Part shown: piece after piece, positions 36,501 to 51,600 of the stretch | Position numbering within the stretch: the stretch's first letter is position 1 | Layout: the number at the start of each line of letters is the position of its first letter | Notes under the pieces: model-generated | What the model was told of the DNA's origin: nothing | What the model saw: only the letters and a program-made list of their open reading frames with translations | Databases searched by the model: none | NCBI RefSeq assembly: GCF_000150275.1 | Contig: NW_002060961.1 | Span: 744,568 to 808,567, forward strand | Source: Trichoplax adhaerens | Lineage: Eukaryota; Animalia; Placozoa | Length of the DNA stretch: 64,000 nucleotides | Reading direction: 5' to 3' | Position numbers and translations under genes: made by a program

Positions 36501-39500
36501 TTATAATTTTTAAATAATGCACTGTTGTATTCACTCAGCTATTGGTCAGATTTGTTATTTCATCAAAGTAACTGAAACACAGCAATCAATATTTTGATGA
36601 AAGATTAAAATTAAGAAATTATTAAGCCTATATATTGCTTTCAGATGTGAACATTGCATTCAAAATCGGCCATTTGCTGGTGTTCTGAAATTAAAAAATC
36701 ACAGAATAACTGCTTTAAAAATAGGCATGCTTAAATTTAGAATCAAGACTACTAGTCAAGTTAATCTAGCTCTTGCGACTGTTATTATTTATTGCGAATT
36801 ATTCAATAAACTTTGTGTGGGGTTTTACCGTATTTGCTATTCTATAAAAACATATAGCATAGATGATAAGTAATTGTCGAGGCTGCAATTGGCATAAAAA
36901 TGATAATGAGAGACTCGCTGATCAAATGGAAATAATGGTACATACTTGTAATAGGCTTATTACTACTACGTTAGGTTCGTAGCTTAGTGATCTGGCGGTC
37001 TTAGACCAGCTTAGATTCTGTAATAGCCTTGATACGCCTAAGCATCAAGAATATGACTCTCGGTACTTAGTATAAAAGTGAATACCGTTGTTCATCATTT
37101 CATAATCAGCCAAGGCCCGCTAACGCACAGTACTTTATTCTATGTAAACTATTACAATACTATAGCAATGGATAAAAAATTTATCTCTGATTGTTTTATT
37201 TCGTATTAAATTAATAGTTATCTCAAAAATATTTGACTTACATACTAGAAACATATATGATCAAGGATTTTAGGCAATTAAGTTCATGCCATGCATCATT
37301 ATCTGTAATGGTCATGTATTGCATTCATCCACATCGACTGTATTTGGTGGCTTTTATTTAAGCAAACATTATGTCACTATTTCTATAGAATTACCGAACG
37401 TCTACTTTATGCCAATAAATAAAGATATATTTTCTTTAGTCATCGTATTTTGATTATCGATTTTAGTTTTTAAAAATAAAAATCATTTTGTATCAACGTT
37501 TAGGATAGTCTACCTATTCATGTATTATCTATTAAGATTTTAATATTATGTGGCTAAATTACCCATTTTAGACCATAGCCTTATATTATAAGGCATTACA
37601 AAAAAAAAATTCGTAGGTATCAATAAGGGTTATTTCAATCAAATTGATAAATGATAAGCACGCTGAACTTATTTATTTGTTGTATAGCGAGTAATACTTA
37701 AACCCAGACAGAAACTATTACTATTATTCTATGAGCGTTCATCTTGGACTTTCTAATGCCTTTCTTAGAGGGGAACTTTAGCTATATTCTTCTCTTTGTT
37801 GCACAATCCATTTATCATGAGATTGGAGCTAATTTAATGTGTAAGCATAAAGTGTAAAGTCCAGTTAGCTGTACGTAAAATAGATAGATAATTGTATAAA
37901 TGCAGATTTACCCCTTACAGCTTTTTTTCAATAAGTTCGGTATAGAAAGAAAACTATCGAAAATAAAGTTATACTATTGGTGATGCATACGGCATGTGCA
38001 CTTCTACTAATTCATGAACGTGTATACAAATAATACATGCAGTCTTAAACTTAAAATTATTTCCACGTTGAGTTTAAAGCCGTACTTAGTCATGCTTTAT
38101 CATTTCTAAACAGCAATTTAGTTTCATAAACTCTAATTGAACAAATCATTTCCTACCTGTTATATGGTTTTAATTCTAGTATGACTGCCATAGACAATTC
38201 AAATCAGTTTAGCCTAAGTATTACAATGCCCTTTTGCGACTTGTTCATGCATGTCGTATCGGCTAAGATATCCATTTTTCCTCCTATTACCTTACTTAAG
38301 TAATTTCTTCGTCATAACTGAGTTTAATATGAGCATTTTACGTATTCTCCATATAATATATATTTTAGAAGTATTTAATTTTTCGGTTTGTGGTCTTTTA
38401 CTTACAGTATCATATTAAAGTTTAACATTATAGGAAATGAGGCGAAGTTAATTGACTCTTCTCATGTTAGATTTACTGATCATGCATGATATGTCCTATA
38501 AGCATACGAAAGCAGTATTCAATTTTTTCGCCGTCATATATCCTTTGATACATTAGATTATGACTATAATTTGAAATATGTCTTAGCTATATAGTATACG
38601 AATTTATTACAACTCTGATAACTCTTTCGGTTAGCGTAATAGCTGCAAATTATTGGGAAGCACGTTGTTATGTATAGAAACAGCTGCAAACTATTTTTCT
38701 CGAGTGCCGCATATCGGCTGAGCTTGAGTCAACTAGATGTGGTATGTAGTTGAAATATATAATAAAGTTTATAACTAAATGATTGACAACATATGAGTAT
38801 AACTAGACCTGAGAGATATGAATTCTATTTGCATGTATATGGTTAGATAGGCTACTGTAGCAATAGCAAATAAAATGCGCACGAAAGTGAATACAGTCTT
38901 CAGAAATCGTTGGGTAATGGAACAAATGTATATATATATATCACTACCTTTAGATGTCTTGCCAAAAGTAGCGTGGGTGCAAGTTTATCTTTCGGTTGTG
39001 GCAGGGTATCTCTTTACATTAATACTCAATATTAGTTTATTAAAGCCTCCATTAAATTTTATAAGTGTACGCGATCGTCATCAATACGTAAAACAAGAAA
39101 ATAATTAATGAATAATTCATTACTGACCATCGTGTGGGAATACGTTACATCTTCAGTTAATTTGAAAATTAAAGCGTATATGATAATATAGTCTGTAAAT
39201 GAATACTAAATTACTATTTACTTGCACTAGAGTGGCCGTTCTCGATAGCCAGTGCACACTGAATCTGTAGCATGTGCTTATAGTGAAGCACAATTCTTTT
39301 AATTCTTTACAAATTTTATGCTATAGATGCTTAATAGATTAACTGTAGCATAGATACATCCCCTTCATATATACGCATACGATTCGTATAGATTGAAATA
39401 AACAAAATATTTATTCAAAATATACCTTCACTGTTGATGTGAGAGAAGTACGAATACACGTATCTTTCTCACACATATCGAATCAATCTATGCTCATAAA

Positions 39501-42500
39501 CCACCCTTTACTGTACTAAATACACATACCGAGACGATTTAGTGCAGTAAAAGGATCGAATATACAGTAGTAAATTATCTACTCCAATCTTTTGTAGTTA
39601 TTAAACGCCGCATTAGCGCAACACCTGGGCAGAATTTAAAAAAAATGCGTAAGTGAAATTAGTAACTGTGTAATATGCAGCGCTTATTAAAGGTAGTAGT
39701 TACAGAAGCCCGATTTTTTATACAGAGATTAACTAATTATTACTTTTTTAGTAGTCAGATATATATGAATTTTGCTATAGATCCGCATTTTTAGATCATT
39801 CGTATTTTACAAAATCACATTCTACCATACCTTAAATTGATTTAAAATCGAAGAAGTTGCTCAGAAATACCTAAATACATGGGCATAATCGACGCTTTGA
39901 TTATTTAGCTCAACTTTTCCAAATGTATTCGTAAAATTCACTCAACAAGCTATTCTGCTTGTGTTCTACATGCATAGGCAGTGAATTATAGTGAAGAATT
40001 ATGAAATAATAACGGGTTCACCAAGAGTTATACGCAGTGCTTCGTGTTGAATCATACACAGTATGTATTATAGAATTGTTATTGTTCGCTTGTTCTTTCT
40101 TTAATCATTTTAATGCAGTAATAGAATAATATTCTGTCAATGTTACCGTGAGTAAAATTCACAGCATCGTTGATACTGTGTAAGAAGATTGGGAATAAAG
40201 CCTCGATAGTATACAAGGTCACAAGTAGAAGTTAGTACTTCATTTTTTATTCTTTTTTCATAAATGCATTATTTTCCCTACATGTTGTAAGCTGTAAAAT
40301 GACCACAAGTAGAGTTAATTGATGTCGGTATAAAAATGAATAACTGTAGTAAAATGTTTGAAGTTTGCTGTTTGCCAACATTCTACTATACGAACACTTA
40401 GTTATTGAATCGCAGTAAGCTTCATCACATTTATGTTCATTAAGGACTTGTTTCACAATAATGACTAAATATCTAAAAAGCATAAATTAAAAAGAAAGAT
40501 TTAATTACCCTTTACATTTAATGATTTTAATTAAATAGTTAAGCAAACAAAATAACTTATCTCTATTTAATGCAAGGACGTACAGATAGGAATGTTTGTC
40601 TTTGAATTAAGATGGCATTCACTAATGCATTGAAGTCGTCCCGCACTAAAGTCATAAAGGAATCCTTTAGCCTTTGCTTTTTTAATAGTTTGTATCCCGA
40701 GTTATTCGATTACTTTTACTAATTGTAATAATATACTAAGATATTTTAACAACACAAGTCATCTCGTATGCTAATAAAATGCTGTAATATTATTCAATTT
40801 CAATATGCTATACTGCATACCATAATATAAATCCAAAAAATTGAACAACCTTCAAAAATGATAGAAGAGTTGTGACTATCTGGAGCAGTTCGATTTCAGT
40901 AATTCAGTTAGCTTCTTTGTTTCAGTAATGGAAATTTTTTTAATAATCTGTTCTACGTAGAAAAGGCAGTTTACAAAGTATGCCTATATTATCTTTGCGT
41001 GATATCTCTGAGTTACTTGGTGACCTTCCTTATAGTAAACAATATGATGCATTATTAATAACACAGCTCGAAGTGAAATCATTAGCATGTCATTGCAGTT
41101 GCTATTCTTCGCTTAGGAGTTATTGTTAATTTCTGAAAGGTCACATATCGATTTATATTTTGTAACTTTACCTAATAACCCCATTAAAAATCTCCATCTT
41201 CGTTATTCTTATGAAATAATGTAGTAAAATAAAACAATAGTTTAAATGAGATGAAAAGTATGACTGCCATGCCATGATCATTCCTAAGATATGCTTGAAT
41301 ACGACTTACATTATTTTATGACCTATGGTTAGAATAATCTGTAACACCTAGACATTCAGTTAAAAATTGAATTATTGACTTGTTAGCATTAAATTAGCTC
41401 CATCCTAACATTTTATTCGTTCCCTATATTATTTTACGTCCTTTACTTTCTGTATAGTTTAGAGCTTTAGCCAATTAATTCATAATTTATTCTGTCTAAT
41501 TATGATAGTGTTATTATAAGAATTATTGTAGTAGTTAATTCGGATATCCGGTAAAACCATATGAATGGCGTTATTTTTTGTATTCTACATTTAATATGAC
41601 ATGTAAGTAAAGATGATATTAAATTCTTGATAGTATTATTTTATTTATTAGTGGTAAGAAGCAAATACGGCATAACTAATAATTCGATTATTTCGGCATA
41701 TGGCGGGTATACTGTATACTTAAATTCGTTCATTTGTCAGTATTGTTCCTTCGTTAAATGAAAAATAACGTAGTATAAAATAATAACGAATTTATTCTAG
41801 CAATAAGATTTAAGAATGATATGCGAAAGCTGTAGTTAATTAGAGTATGCAGTCATTTAAATGGTATGAAAACTTGTTTAAATATTGTGACGATTAGCTA
41901 ATAACATGTTTTATTTGAATAGCTTTATAATTGTGTGAATTAAATTTAACGGTGATGATTGATAGAAAATGTTGTTCAGTTACGCCATAATAATCATGCT
42001 ATATTTGATATTAACAATAGTTTTGAATTTAAAGTTCATTCTAATTTGCTTCTGCATAAGTACTTGAATTATTATCGATATGACTAGTTAAGAAAGCCTA
42101 GAGTATTGGTACCTTCTGAATCATTCTTTTTGTTCTTAGCCTGCCAACCAAATGTTAGCATTATTATGTCAGAAAGCCAAGCATGGGGTCTGTTCGATGT
42201 TGCCCATAAACTTAAAATTTAAGAGTTACTTGCATCTATCCCTGCATTCTTAGTACTATCGATAAGTAGAGATACAGAAAGTTTTTAATCTGTACTAGAT
42301 TTTCTTTTACTGTTGCTAGCATCGTTAAGAAAATTAGACTTTTGCCACCCTATAACATTGTTAAGATAAGGTGTTACAATAGCTTTTCTTAATACAACCA
42401 ACCCTTAACACCATGAGATTTTACTTATTTGGGGTCTCCGACAGTATGCAAACCTTATTGAAACTATAAAATAAGTTGAATAAAACGTTTTTTCTAAGTG

Positions 42501-45500
42501 TATAGAATGTCATTATGAGATTTTTTATCTTTCAATTTTTAATCTTTTGATAAATACTGACCAGTAAGGTGTAATGCAGAGCTAAAACACCTATCGGTTC
42601 TAATCTAATACATCTTAATTCTATTCATGTTACCATATCCGATTAATTTAAATTAATCTTTCCTTTCTGCTTTGCTACACCCTAAAGGACCTCCAACGGA
42701 TCATCAATTTTGGTTATATAGGCAATCCTATTGTGCCGCTAGTTCAGACGACGACCGTCTGTGCCTGCAGCGACAAAACGTCATTGCCGCTTGATTAAAC
42801 TATTTTGATGACTAATAGTATATTTTTAACAAACTATAGATAAGATATCTGTGATTTTACTATAGTAAATAACGCAATTTCAAGTTACTCAATGGAGTAA
42901 CCAAAATTAAATTAAAAATGTGCAGGATACCACTATCAAAAAGAAAATTAACTATGTTTTGGTGTGTTAATATTTAGAAAATGATAATGTGCTCACTCGT
43001 ATTATAATTTGTACTCTTTCATGTACAAAATGTATCACATAATATTAAAAATTTGAAGTAAATTAGAATGATATCCACGTTGTAATATTCGTTAAAGGTA
43101 ATGCTTACTCTCGAAGGCTATAGCTAAAGTATTTCATACTGAGGACAGCTTAATCTATATGATTGTAATTTGTAGTAATTAACGGTAAATAGAATTGAAT
43201 ACTTTAAAATTTTTTTCTGATTAGTCATTGGTAATGTATTACTTTATAGGCAATCATGATTATTTTCAGGTAAGTTCGTAAGTGAATATACCCTGATCGG
43301 TGCATAGCAGTGGTTTATGTCCATAAAATACTGAAACTGGTCTCTAATGTTGGCAATGTTCAAATAAAAAATTAAATTGTTCTGATTAGCTTAAAATATT
43401 AGCCGGATGATAATATTGAGGAATTACTAGGTCGTCAAGCAGTCACAGTTTATTGAATTTCTTTGACAGATTTATGAAAATTTTTATACAGTTACATAAA
43501 TGCAAAAGATAATGTACATACAGTATATATGTATATATATATATATCTATATATTAAAAGTTAATCTATATTTATATTTACGAATACAAGCATAAAGAAT
43601 TCCTTATCTAGTCTGTATTTTTACGCGATAGTGAAGTATAGAATCTCAATTTTATAGTAGTATTTGGTGTACACATACATTTTTACGAATGTAGTAATTT
43701 CTTATCGAATCGACATCTTCAAATAAAGAGTATATTAGAACCGTATATGAATATTTCTATATGTATGTATTGTGTTTTACGAATTCATATCATAAGAAAT
43801 TAGCTAGAATTATTGTCTAAATATTATCAAATATTGTAGCAATTTCGATAGTAATATATCATTTACTATATTTCAATTACTGCCTAAGAACAGTTAACAT
43901 GAATAAATCCAAATACCATTAAACTATCTTATATATCAAGTGTTTTACATGAAGATAGTTTCCATAACTTTATCTTATTTAGTGGAAGGGGATAAAGTTA
44001 TGTAAGGGATAAAAAATGTCACATATGTATCTTATTACTTTTAAGATCCATGCACGCTATTGCTACAGTATCAGTGTGTTTATAGTACATACGAATTTCT
44101 GCATGATATGTCATAGGTAGAAGTAATTTTATTTCGAAGAACTTATTAATTATCTCAATAAAAAAGAAGTTTAGTTATGTTTTGTTAAGAAAATAAGTGT
44201 AGCTAGTCTATCTAGGATTTATGTGTAGTAGGTTTCTACCTTAATGCGCAAAAAGTCTCCAAACTTTAGAAAATAAGTTGTCATTAATTGTCGGTTTAAG
44301 CATCATGTATCTTATATGAACTTACTTTGTGCCTTAATGAACATCTTGAGGTACAAGAGCGGATTTACTTTCAGAAAGTAAGAGAATTACCCGCCATTTT
44401 GAAAGTAATTAGGAATTATTCGTGTATATTGAATTGGTCTGCATTATATGCAAATAAATCCAAGTCTTTATATTGCATGTTTTTCGTGAGACTTGCGTCA
44501 TTCGTACGTATATGTTTGAGGAAGGCCGAGGATAATAAGTTTTGAAGGAATTAAATTGTAACAGACTTGAATTTAGTTCATTATCTACGACACTCGCTAC
44601 ATGCAGTTGTGGATAGATATTAACTTTGGCGATAGCGTATGGATTCTTCTAACACTTTTAAACTATCCAGTTGAAAAAAGTAGCGCAAAATATTTTAAAA
44701 TTCTATAATAATGACGGCATAGAATATTGATCGATTACCTACTTAATTTACCGCATATTTAATAAAGTCGAATGCATAATGGATAGTTTTAAAGCCTATT
44801 TGTAAGAAATTGTTGGAACATAATCATAAAGCTATTTAATCCGTGTTAACTTATGGCATTATCGTATTTGATCGAGAACATCGTATTAAAATGTGTGTAT
44901 CCATTAAGCTAAAATGTATAAAGTCAATATTATTTTGATGGGTTGATCAAGTGCTAGTAAGGTGAAGGTCAGCTGTCACGATTTGCTGTAAATCTTTTAC
45001 TCTTCCTATCAATCATTAGTCTTATAATATGATTGAATAATTATTTCTTTTTATTTTATTTGATTTGGATAGAGTCTAAAACAGTGAAAAGAGAAATAGA
45101 GAGAAGGAGGGAGGAGGATTAAAATTTACTGTTGTATAGGAATACATGATGATTGTAAATGCAAGTAAATGGAGAGTTTGCTTTTAAGAACTATTCTTAT
45201 GTTAATGATGTTGTTCATGAATAGATATGGTAATTATTCGCTAGTCAATTATTGTCCTTGATCTTTATCGTAATGTTCCTACTGCTTTTTAGTTGTAAAC
45301 CTTATTCTAGCGTTATTGCAATGCTATTAAACCACGTGAGCAACATTGTGCATGATGATTATGCAGTTACCAACGACAGAAGGCAACAAGTATACCTACC
45401 ACCTTTTTTTAACTGGTTTGTCCGCTTTTCATCATTTTACTTGAATCGATTCTTCTTGCGTCAGTGGCTCATCTGCGATCCTCCTTTTTTTGCCTACAGC

Positions 45501-45680
45501 ATTTGGATCTTGAGCTTACAAAAACAAATTCAATTCAATTCATTGATTGGCCTTTGGTGATTGCTATAAGAATCTTTATCTTGATTCTTATCCCACTACT
45601 TCACTTAAACAATCTTTGAATATTCTTTTTCAACATACCTTGGGCACGCTATCGTTGCCGATGTGCATCATATAAGCGCC

Positions 45681-48600
45681 ATGATTTACAAGTATTGGAT
45701 ATTGGTGTTAACAGTGGCTTTTACTGTAATGGACTATCGTCACCAAGTTACTGCTGCTTGCTTGCCTGGTTGTACTTGCGGCACAAATCAATATGATTGT
45801 AAAAATGCTGATTTAACTTCAGTACCAACAGATATTCAATCCAGTATTGCCACATTGTGAGTACCTATTTGATATTTTTTTTTATTTTAACAGTGCTATT
45901 AGAATTGAAATATTGTAACCACAATTTTATTTCTTTTCAATTTATCGCTGATTTTTAACCACAACGTTCTTACGATCTTCACTTATGTTCATTTTTAAAT
46001 TAAAACTGAATCCTATTTGGGATTCGATACTATCGGGAAAGATCTTGATTGTAAGCCATAGTCGGTATCGCCATAAATTAAGAATCGTTTAAGAAGATAT
46101 GTAAAAATGTTTACGGGAATCTTTTTTGAGAAGATTATTCCGTTACCCTGACTTTAATTTTTAGTTGAAAAGGAAAATAGAATAAAAGTAGATATCAAGC
46201 AACTATAGCACCTGAATGATATTTAATACTGGGTCAATAGTTTTACTTTCATCATCGTCTAGTTTAGATCGAAACTAATTTCCTCTTTTTAAACTCTAAG
46301 CCCTTCAAGAGAAAATAATTCAATTAAGATATACTTCTAACGTACAAGTCACACTTATACATCACTTTGAAAAAGCTTGTTCTAATTTTCCCGTCTCTTC
46401 TAGTTATCTATAACTTTATTAATTTTTTAAGATTACATAGACCGAATTCATTTTTCTAATAATAAAGCACAACAAAAATAGGAGTGGGGTACATTCTACT
46501 TTTCGCATGAGGTGATGCAATCTATTTCAATCCTTCTATACTTGTCTTTACCTACAACGGTAAATTAAGGGATAAGTTCATGTTACTAGATATAACAAAG
46601 AAAGAAACAACTCAAGTAGTCCACGTTCACGTCACAATTATAAATTGATTTTTTTCCCCTTTCTCGTCTTGGTCCTTAAGGGATTTAAGCCATTTTTTTA
46701 ACCTTACTTCTTATTTGTAGCTATATCGAATAAGCATACCTTCAAATGAATTCGAGTTTGTTACAGATAAATCAAGATAGAATTTATTTCTTTCCGAAGG
46801 AAATGGCATAAAAAAATTTCGATAGTAATAAATCTATCTATTATCTCCGACTTTTTACTCCTAGCTATAGTATATATATTGACATTCCATGAGGCTAATG
46901 AGTATAAAGAAGAACAAACATTTTCTATATGACGACCATTTAATTCGAAGAATTTTGCTCTTTATAACGTATTGACAGTAGAGGTACATTCGACCATCGA
47001 TTAAATGGAAGTCATTGATAAGTACAATCACGATAGAGTAAATATCAAATTTTTGACACAGATTATCTAAGTTTTATTCCTTATCCACAATTTTTTGCGG
47101 GTTTCTTTAATTTTTGACCCCTATCATTTCATTCTAGGATCATATTTTTTCGTCATGATAGTGAGATGATACATATAACGGAAATGAGGACAAAAATACA
47201 ACATTAATGATTCTATGACAATTATTATCTACATTATTAGTTATTAAAAATGGCCCAAGTTCTAGTAGAGTAGAATACAATGAAAAGTAACCTATTTTAC
47301 TTCTCCACTATAACCGTGGGCAAAAAATGCATCAAGGGCAATTTGGCGATTGAACATGTTATTAACATGAATAGCGGAGAAAATAATGACTAATTGATAT
47401 AATTTAATAGGCATGACCTAATACATTAGCTACTTTCTTGGTAGTAAATTTATACATTAATTTAATTTTCAATCTAATTGGATGATTCCTAATCTCTGAT
47501 ATGTCATCATTCAATTAAGATTGTCAAATTGAAAATCTTAACATAGGAATACTGTATAGTGCTTATTATGATTTACAAGATATATATCTATTTAATAGTT
47601 TAGTAATTTATTGATAACGATAGTAATAATTTAATCCTATCTACATTATGACATCGTCATGGTTGAAAGTTAAAAGGCGATAGATATATCTTATCCTATT
47701 AAATAAGGCAACTGCATTGCTGCCTATGAATAGGTTATTATCGATATTGTTCATCTAATGAGAAAGAGTAGATATAGAGTAGAATCTTTTGCAAATAAAA
47801 ATTCAAGAGAGTTTGTAAAAGGGGAAAGAGTATGAGGATATAAGTGTGATAGAGAAAAAGAATATACGATAAATTGTTCTCATTTTTTGGCTATTTTCTT
47901 TTTTTACACCATCATTTCAATAGGTGATCGTTATTGTACTACTTTTAATCGTAGTGTCCTAGCCATGGCAGCCTAAGGATAATAATAGACGGGGAATTAT
48001 TGTTTGAGAGTAGATACTGTTAAGGTGCAAAAGGCTGACAACGCCATGTCGATTTTGTTATTCCTTCCTTTTTTATACTATCATTTAATTCTATCCTATT
48101 GTAACAATATAAAAATATCGGAACCTTTATAGTTCAAAAGGGTATAAATGTCATCTTAGAGTGATGCTTAAGGCAATAAGATTGAAAATGTCATTGTCTA
48201 CCATGATTAATCCATACTATCTTCAATGCAGTTAAGCCTTACTAGTAACGTTGGGATTGTATACAGGATCGGCGATACTATAATAGAATGCTTTTATAGC
48301 CTATCGTGATCTACCTACGTGGCCATGGAATAGCACCTTATCATTTCAACTTCAGATACACACGTTAAAGGAGTGAAATAGAAGTCGTCCATGATTCATG
48401 ATTTGAAATATTCAGTTTTAATTTAGGGGGATTTCTTACCGACATCTAAGTTGATCAAGTCATGCATTGGCCTAAAAACATTCTTATAATTGTGAACAAT
48501 GTTTCCGACTAGACTTTATTAAATAGCGGAAAAATTGTTCAATGGCTGTCTGGTTGTTTTAATTTTGTATCGTAAGCACGGCATCCTTAAGGAGACCAAG

Positions 48601-51600
48601 AATATCAGACTACTGTTCCACTGTCGCCAATAACTTATTCTTACTCTATCTTGGTTTCCTTCATATGAAAAACAAGTTAGACAGGTGATTCATCCTTATG
48701 TTCTATTCAACAAAAATATTATGCAAGTTATATTAGTCCCTACTGATTTGTTTCTGAGAGCTTTGTTGCACCTCGTTAACTAGGCACAGTATGATAGATT
48801 AAAAATAATATTGTACATTATCCATATTATTATCCAAGATGTAAATTTACTTGCCTATCCGTTCAAGAAGGACATTAATGTCTAGCTAAATTGCTTCTTT
48901 GTTCTTGTATAGACTATTGTTTGGTAGGGTAAACTAACAGTACTTGCTACATTCCAAAGTAATAGCCCACAATGTGGTCATCCAAGATAGAATTAGAGCT
49001 TGAATAGCCAGCCACAGACAAAACTAACCGCCTTATTTTTTCAATTCCATACAAGCATTAATCGAACACTTTTTTCTGTCTGGCTCTTGACAGTGGGATA
49101 TATCGTCCATTTAATATCAACGACTTGCCAAAATACACTTAAAAGTTGGGCTTCTGTACAGTTACCGCCATAACTGTGATCGCTTAATGTTACGCATTGT
49201 CGTAATGACAAATGCTAAGTGACAGAGTAAGAGCAATAAAGGACTACTATATATCATCATTTTGGGACATGAATTTTTCGTTATTAGTTATTTGATACTG
49301 AAATGTTCCATTATTGACCGTTCCGATATTTTCCCAGTCATAAAAACAACGAATATCCATAAAATGCAACTTTAAAACAAATGCTATCGTAACAAGAAAC
49401 TATCGTAGTACGGTAAAAGGAACATGTCCTCATCGTCAAAGCATGGCGCAGTCCATCGTTTCTTATACTCTATTTTAGGTGATTGTGATTAAGTCATTAG
49501 TAATATGTTTAGGGCTTAATACTATGGCCAAGGATTAGAGTTAATCTTGAAATAAACGCAAACGGTACTGCTGATAAGAATAGATTTACGCGTATATAGT
49601 TTTGGATATCGTAACCTTGGCTACACATTCTGCATCCATTTCAAATCAATTTTGTTGATAACTACCTTATCGATTTGAAGCAGCTTCGTTACAGATTGCT
49701 TGACTATGACTGTAAGTAAGTAAAATAATTTCGTTTATTGGATATCAAAATTATGCCAGTATGTACCATGGTAAAAGTTAATGAATTGAAGGTTAGAAAG
49801 ATTTCAAATTTAGACTTCGCCCTAATATGACCAAAGTAAATGCACTACGGACAATAGTTTAAAATAGTAAATAAAGAGGCAACGTAGGGGTCGCCAATGG
49901 CTATTATCTTCATTAATCTGCCTTTGAATGATGGGGTTTTCCACATGCTGAGCAATTAATACTTTTCTATTAAGGGTATAGAGGCAGAAGATACGGTAGA
50001 AAATACAGAGAGAAGAAAGAGCAGACTGTTTCTTTTGCTCTGATCAGCTCTCAATTGATACACAATAATAGCTGGTTGTAGTTTACCGAGGTTATTGACG
50101 AGTATATTCTCGCCATTGCCTGGTGATTGTCGGTACTGGAATTATTCTGATTTATTATTTTAACTATGAATAAAGTAACAGATTGACTGCTTCTTTGTCG
50201 ATGACATCTTTCACTTCCTTCTATTGATACTGTTATGATTAATATTGTAGGATCCAATAGTAGTCCATTATGATTATTATTAGTTTTGCAACAGCGATAC
50301 ATATTCTATATAGACGAGTGGATACTTTGTATTTTTTGGCGACTTTTGATCGCTACATAGGAGTAGTTAGTACCCAATTTATCCTTGACGATGCTTATCG
50401 GTATACGTATACAAATTTGGACGGTATAGCGCAATCTTAGCAGACCAGGCATTTACAAAAAACATGATTGTCATTGTAACCTTGAAAATTAATTCTTACT
50501 TTTAGCTTATTACACTTAGGAGTATTTTGTAAGGAAAGAAATACGCTCTTTTACCCCATTTCACGTGCCTTCTTTATCCACATACAAGTGTAAATCATCT
50601 ATGACCAATACTTGCATACTATACTATTATATATGGCAATTATTATCTAGTATGCTGTAAGTTCTATTCTTGTCTACCGTAAATGGATATGATTCAATTT
50701 GGTCATTTTGCATCAAGCTGTATTACCACGGTAAAATTGAAATCCTAGATTGACATTTTTGGGGGAACCGTCAACTGGGACAAACTGGGAAGACTAAAAG
50801 AGTTTTCCATAGGCTCATTTTGACTATTGGATAAAATTGTAATCCATGGATGAAGAAGTGTTATCATGATTTAGCAGACTGGTCGTAAGCGAGCTTATTT
50901 AAGAATTATGCGACGACATAGTCGAAGAGTAATCTAGCCACCAGTCGATCTTACTAGACTGTAGTTAGCGGATATCGGTGTGCAGTAAGAGTTATTGATA
51001 AAGTAACTGCGAATCGGTAAAAGATAATCAGCGCTAGTGACTCGTATTCGTTTCTTGGATCGTTTATTATCCTAGTCTTTTCTCGACTATTTCATAACAG
51101 TGGACAATGCTGTCGTTTAGTGATAGACTATTTCTCCACCATTTCGATGATGGTGTAGAGACGCCATAGATCAACTTGTGTTGCATATAGTCAGTATCCA
51201 TTCACAAATCGATGGCAATCCAATGAATTTTGATACTTTTGACATCTTGTCGCCGACGAGAGCTTATCGTAGACGACTACAAATTAGAATAAAAACTGTT
51301 GAAATCTCGATTGGGCTAATGGGAGTCCCATTTCAACTACCATCATGACTACTGTCGACAGCTTGCAATGCCTGTAGGAAACGGCAACTATTTCTTCAAG
51401 GCTTGACTGCCATTTTATATACTGTACTGTTCAGTTGAATTACCTTAGTGATTGACTCAACCACTAGGCCGTAGCGTTGTAGAGTGATCGAGCAAAGCAA
51501 GACTGAAGTCAGTCTTGGACACGTACTATGGAGAGTCAATGTGGCCACTTCACCTCTCTAGGCGTCATCAACACTGTTGACTTTTGGCAACAAACGACCC

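Noticed and set aside
36960-37090. Four consecutive 4-6-bp hairpins suggesting a structured RNA
   Set aside because: Stems are too short to distinguish from chance and there are no snRNA/tRNA motifs.
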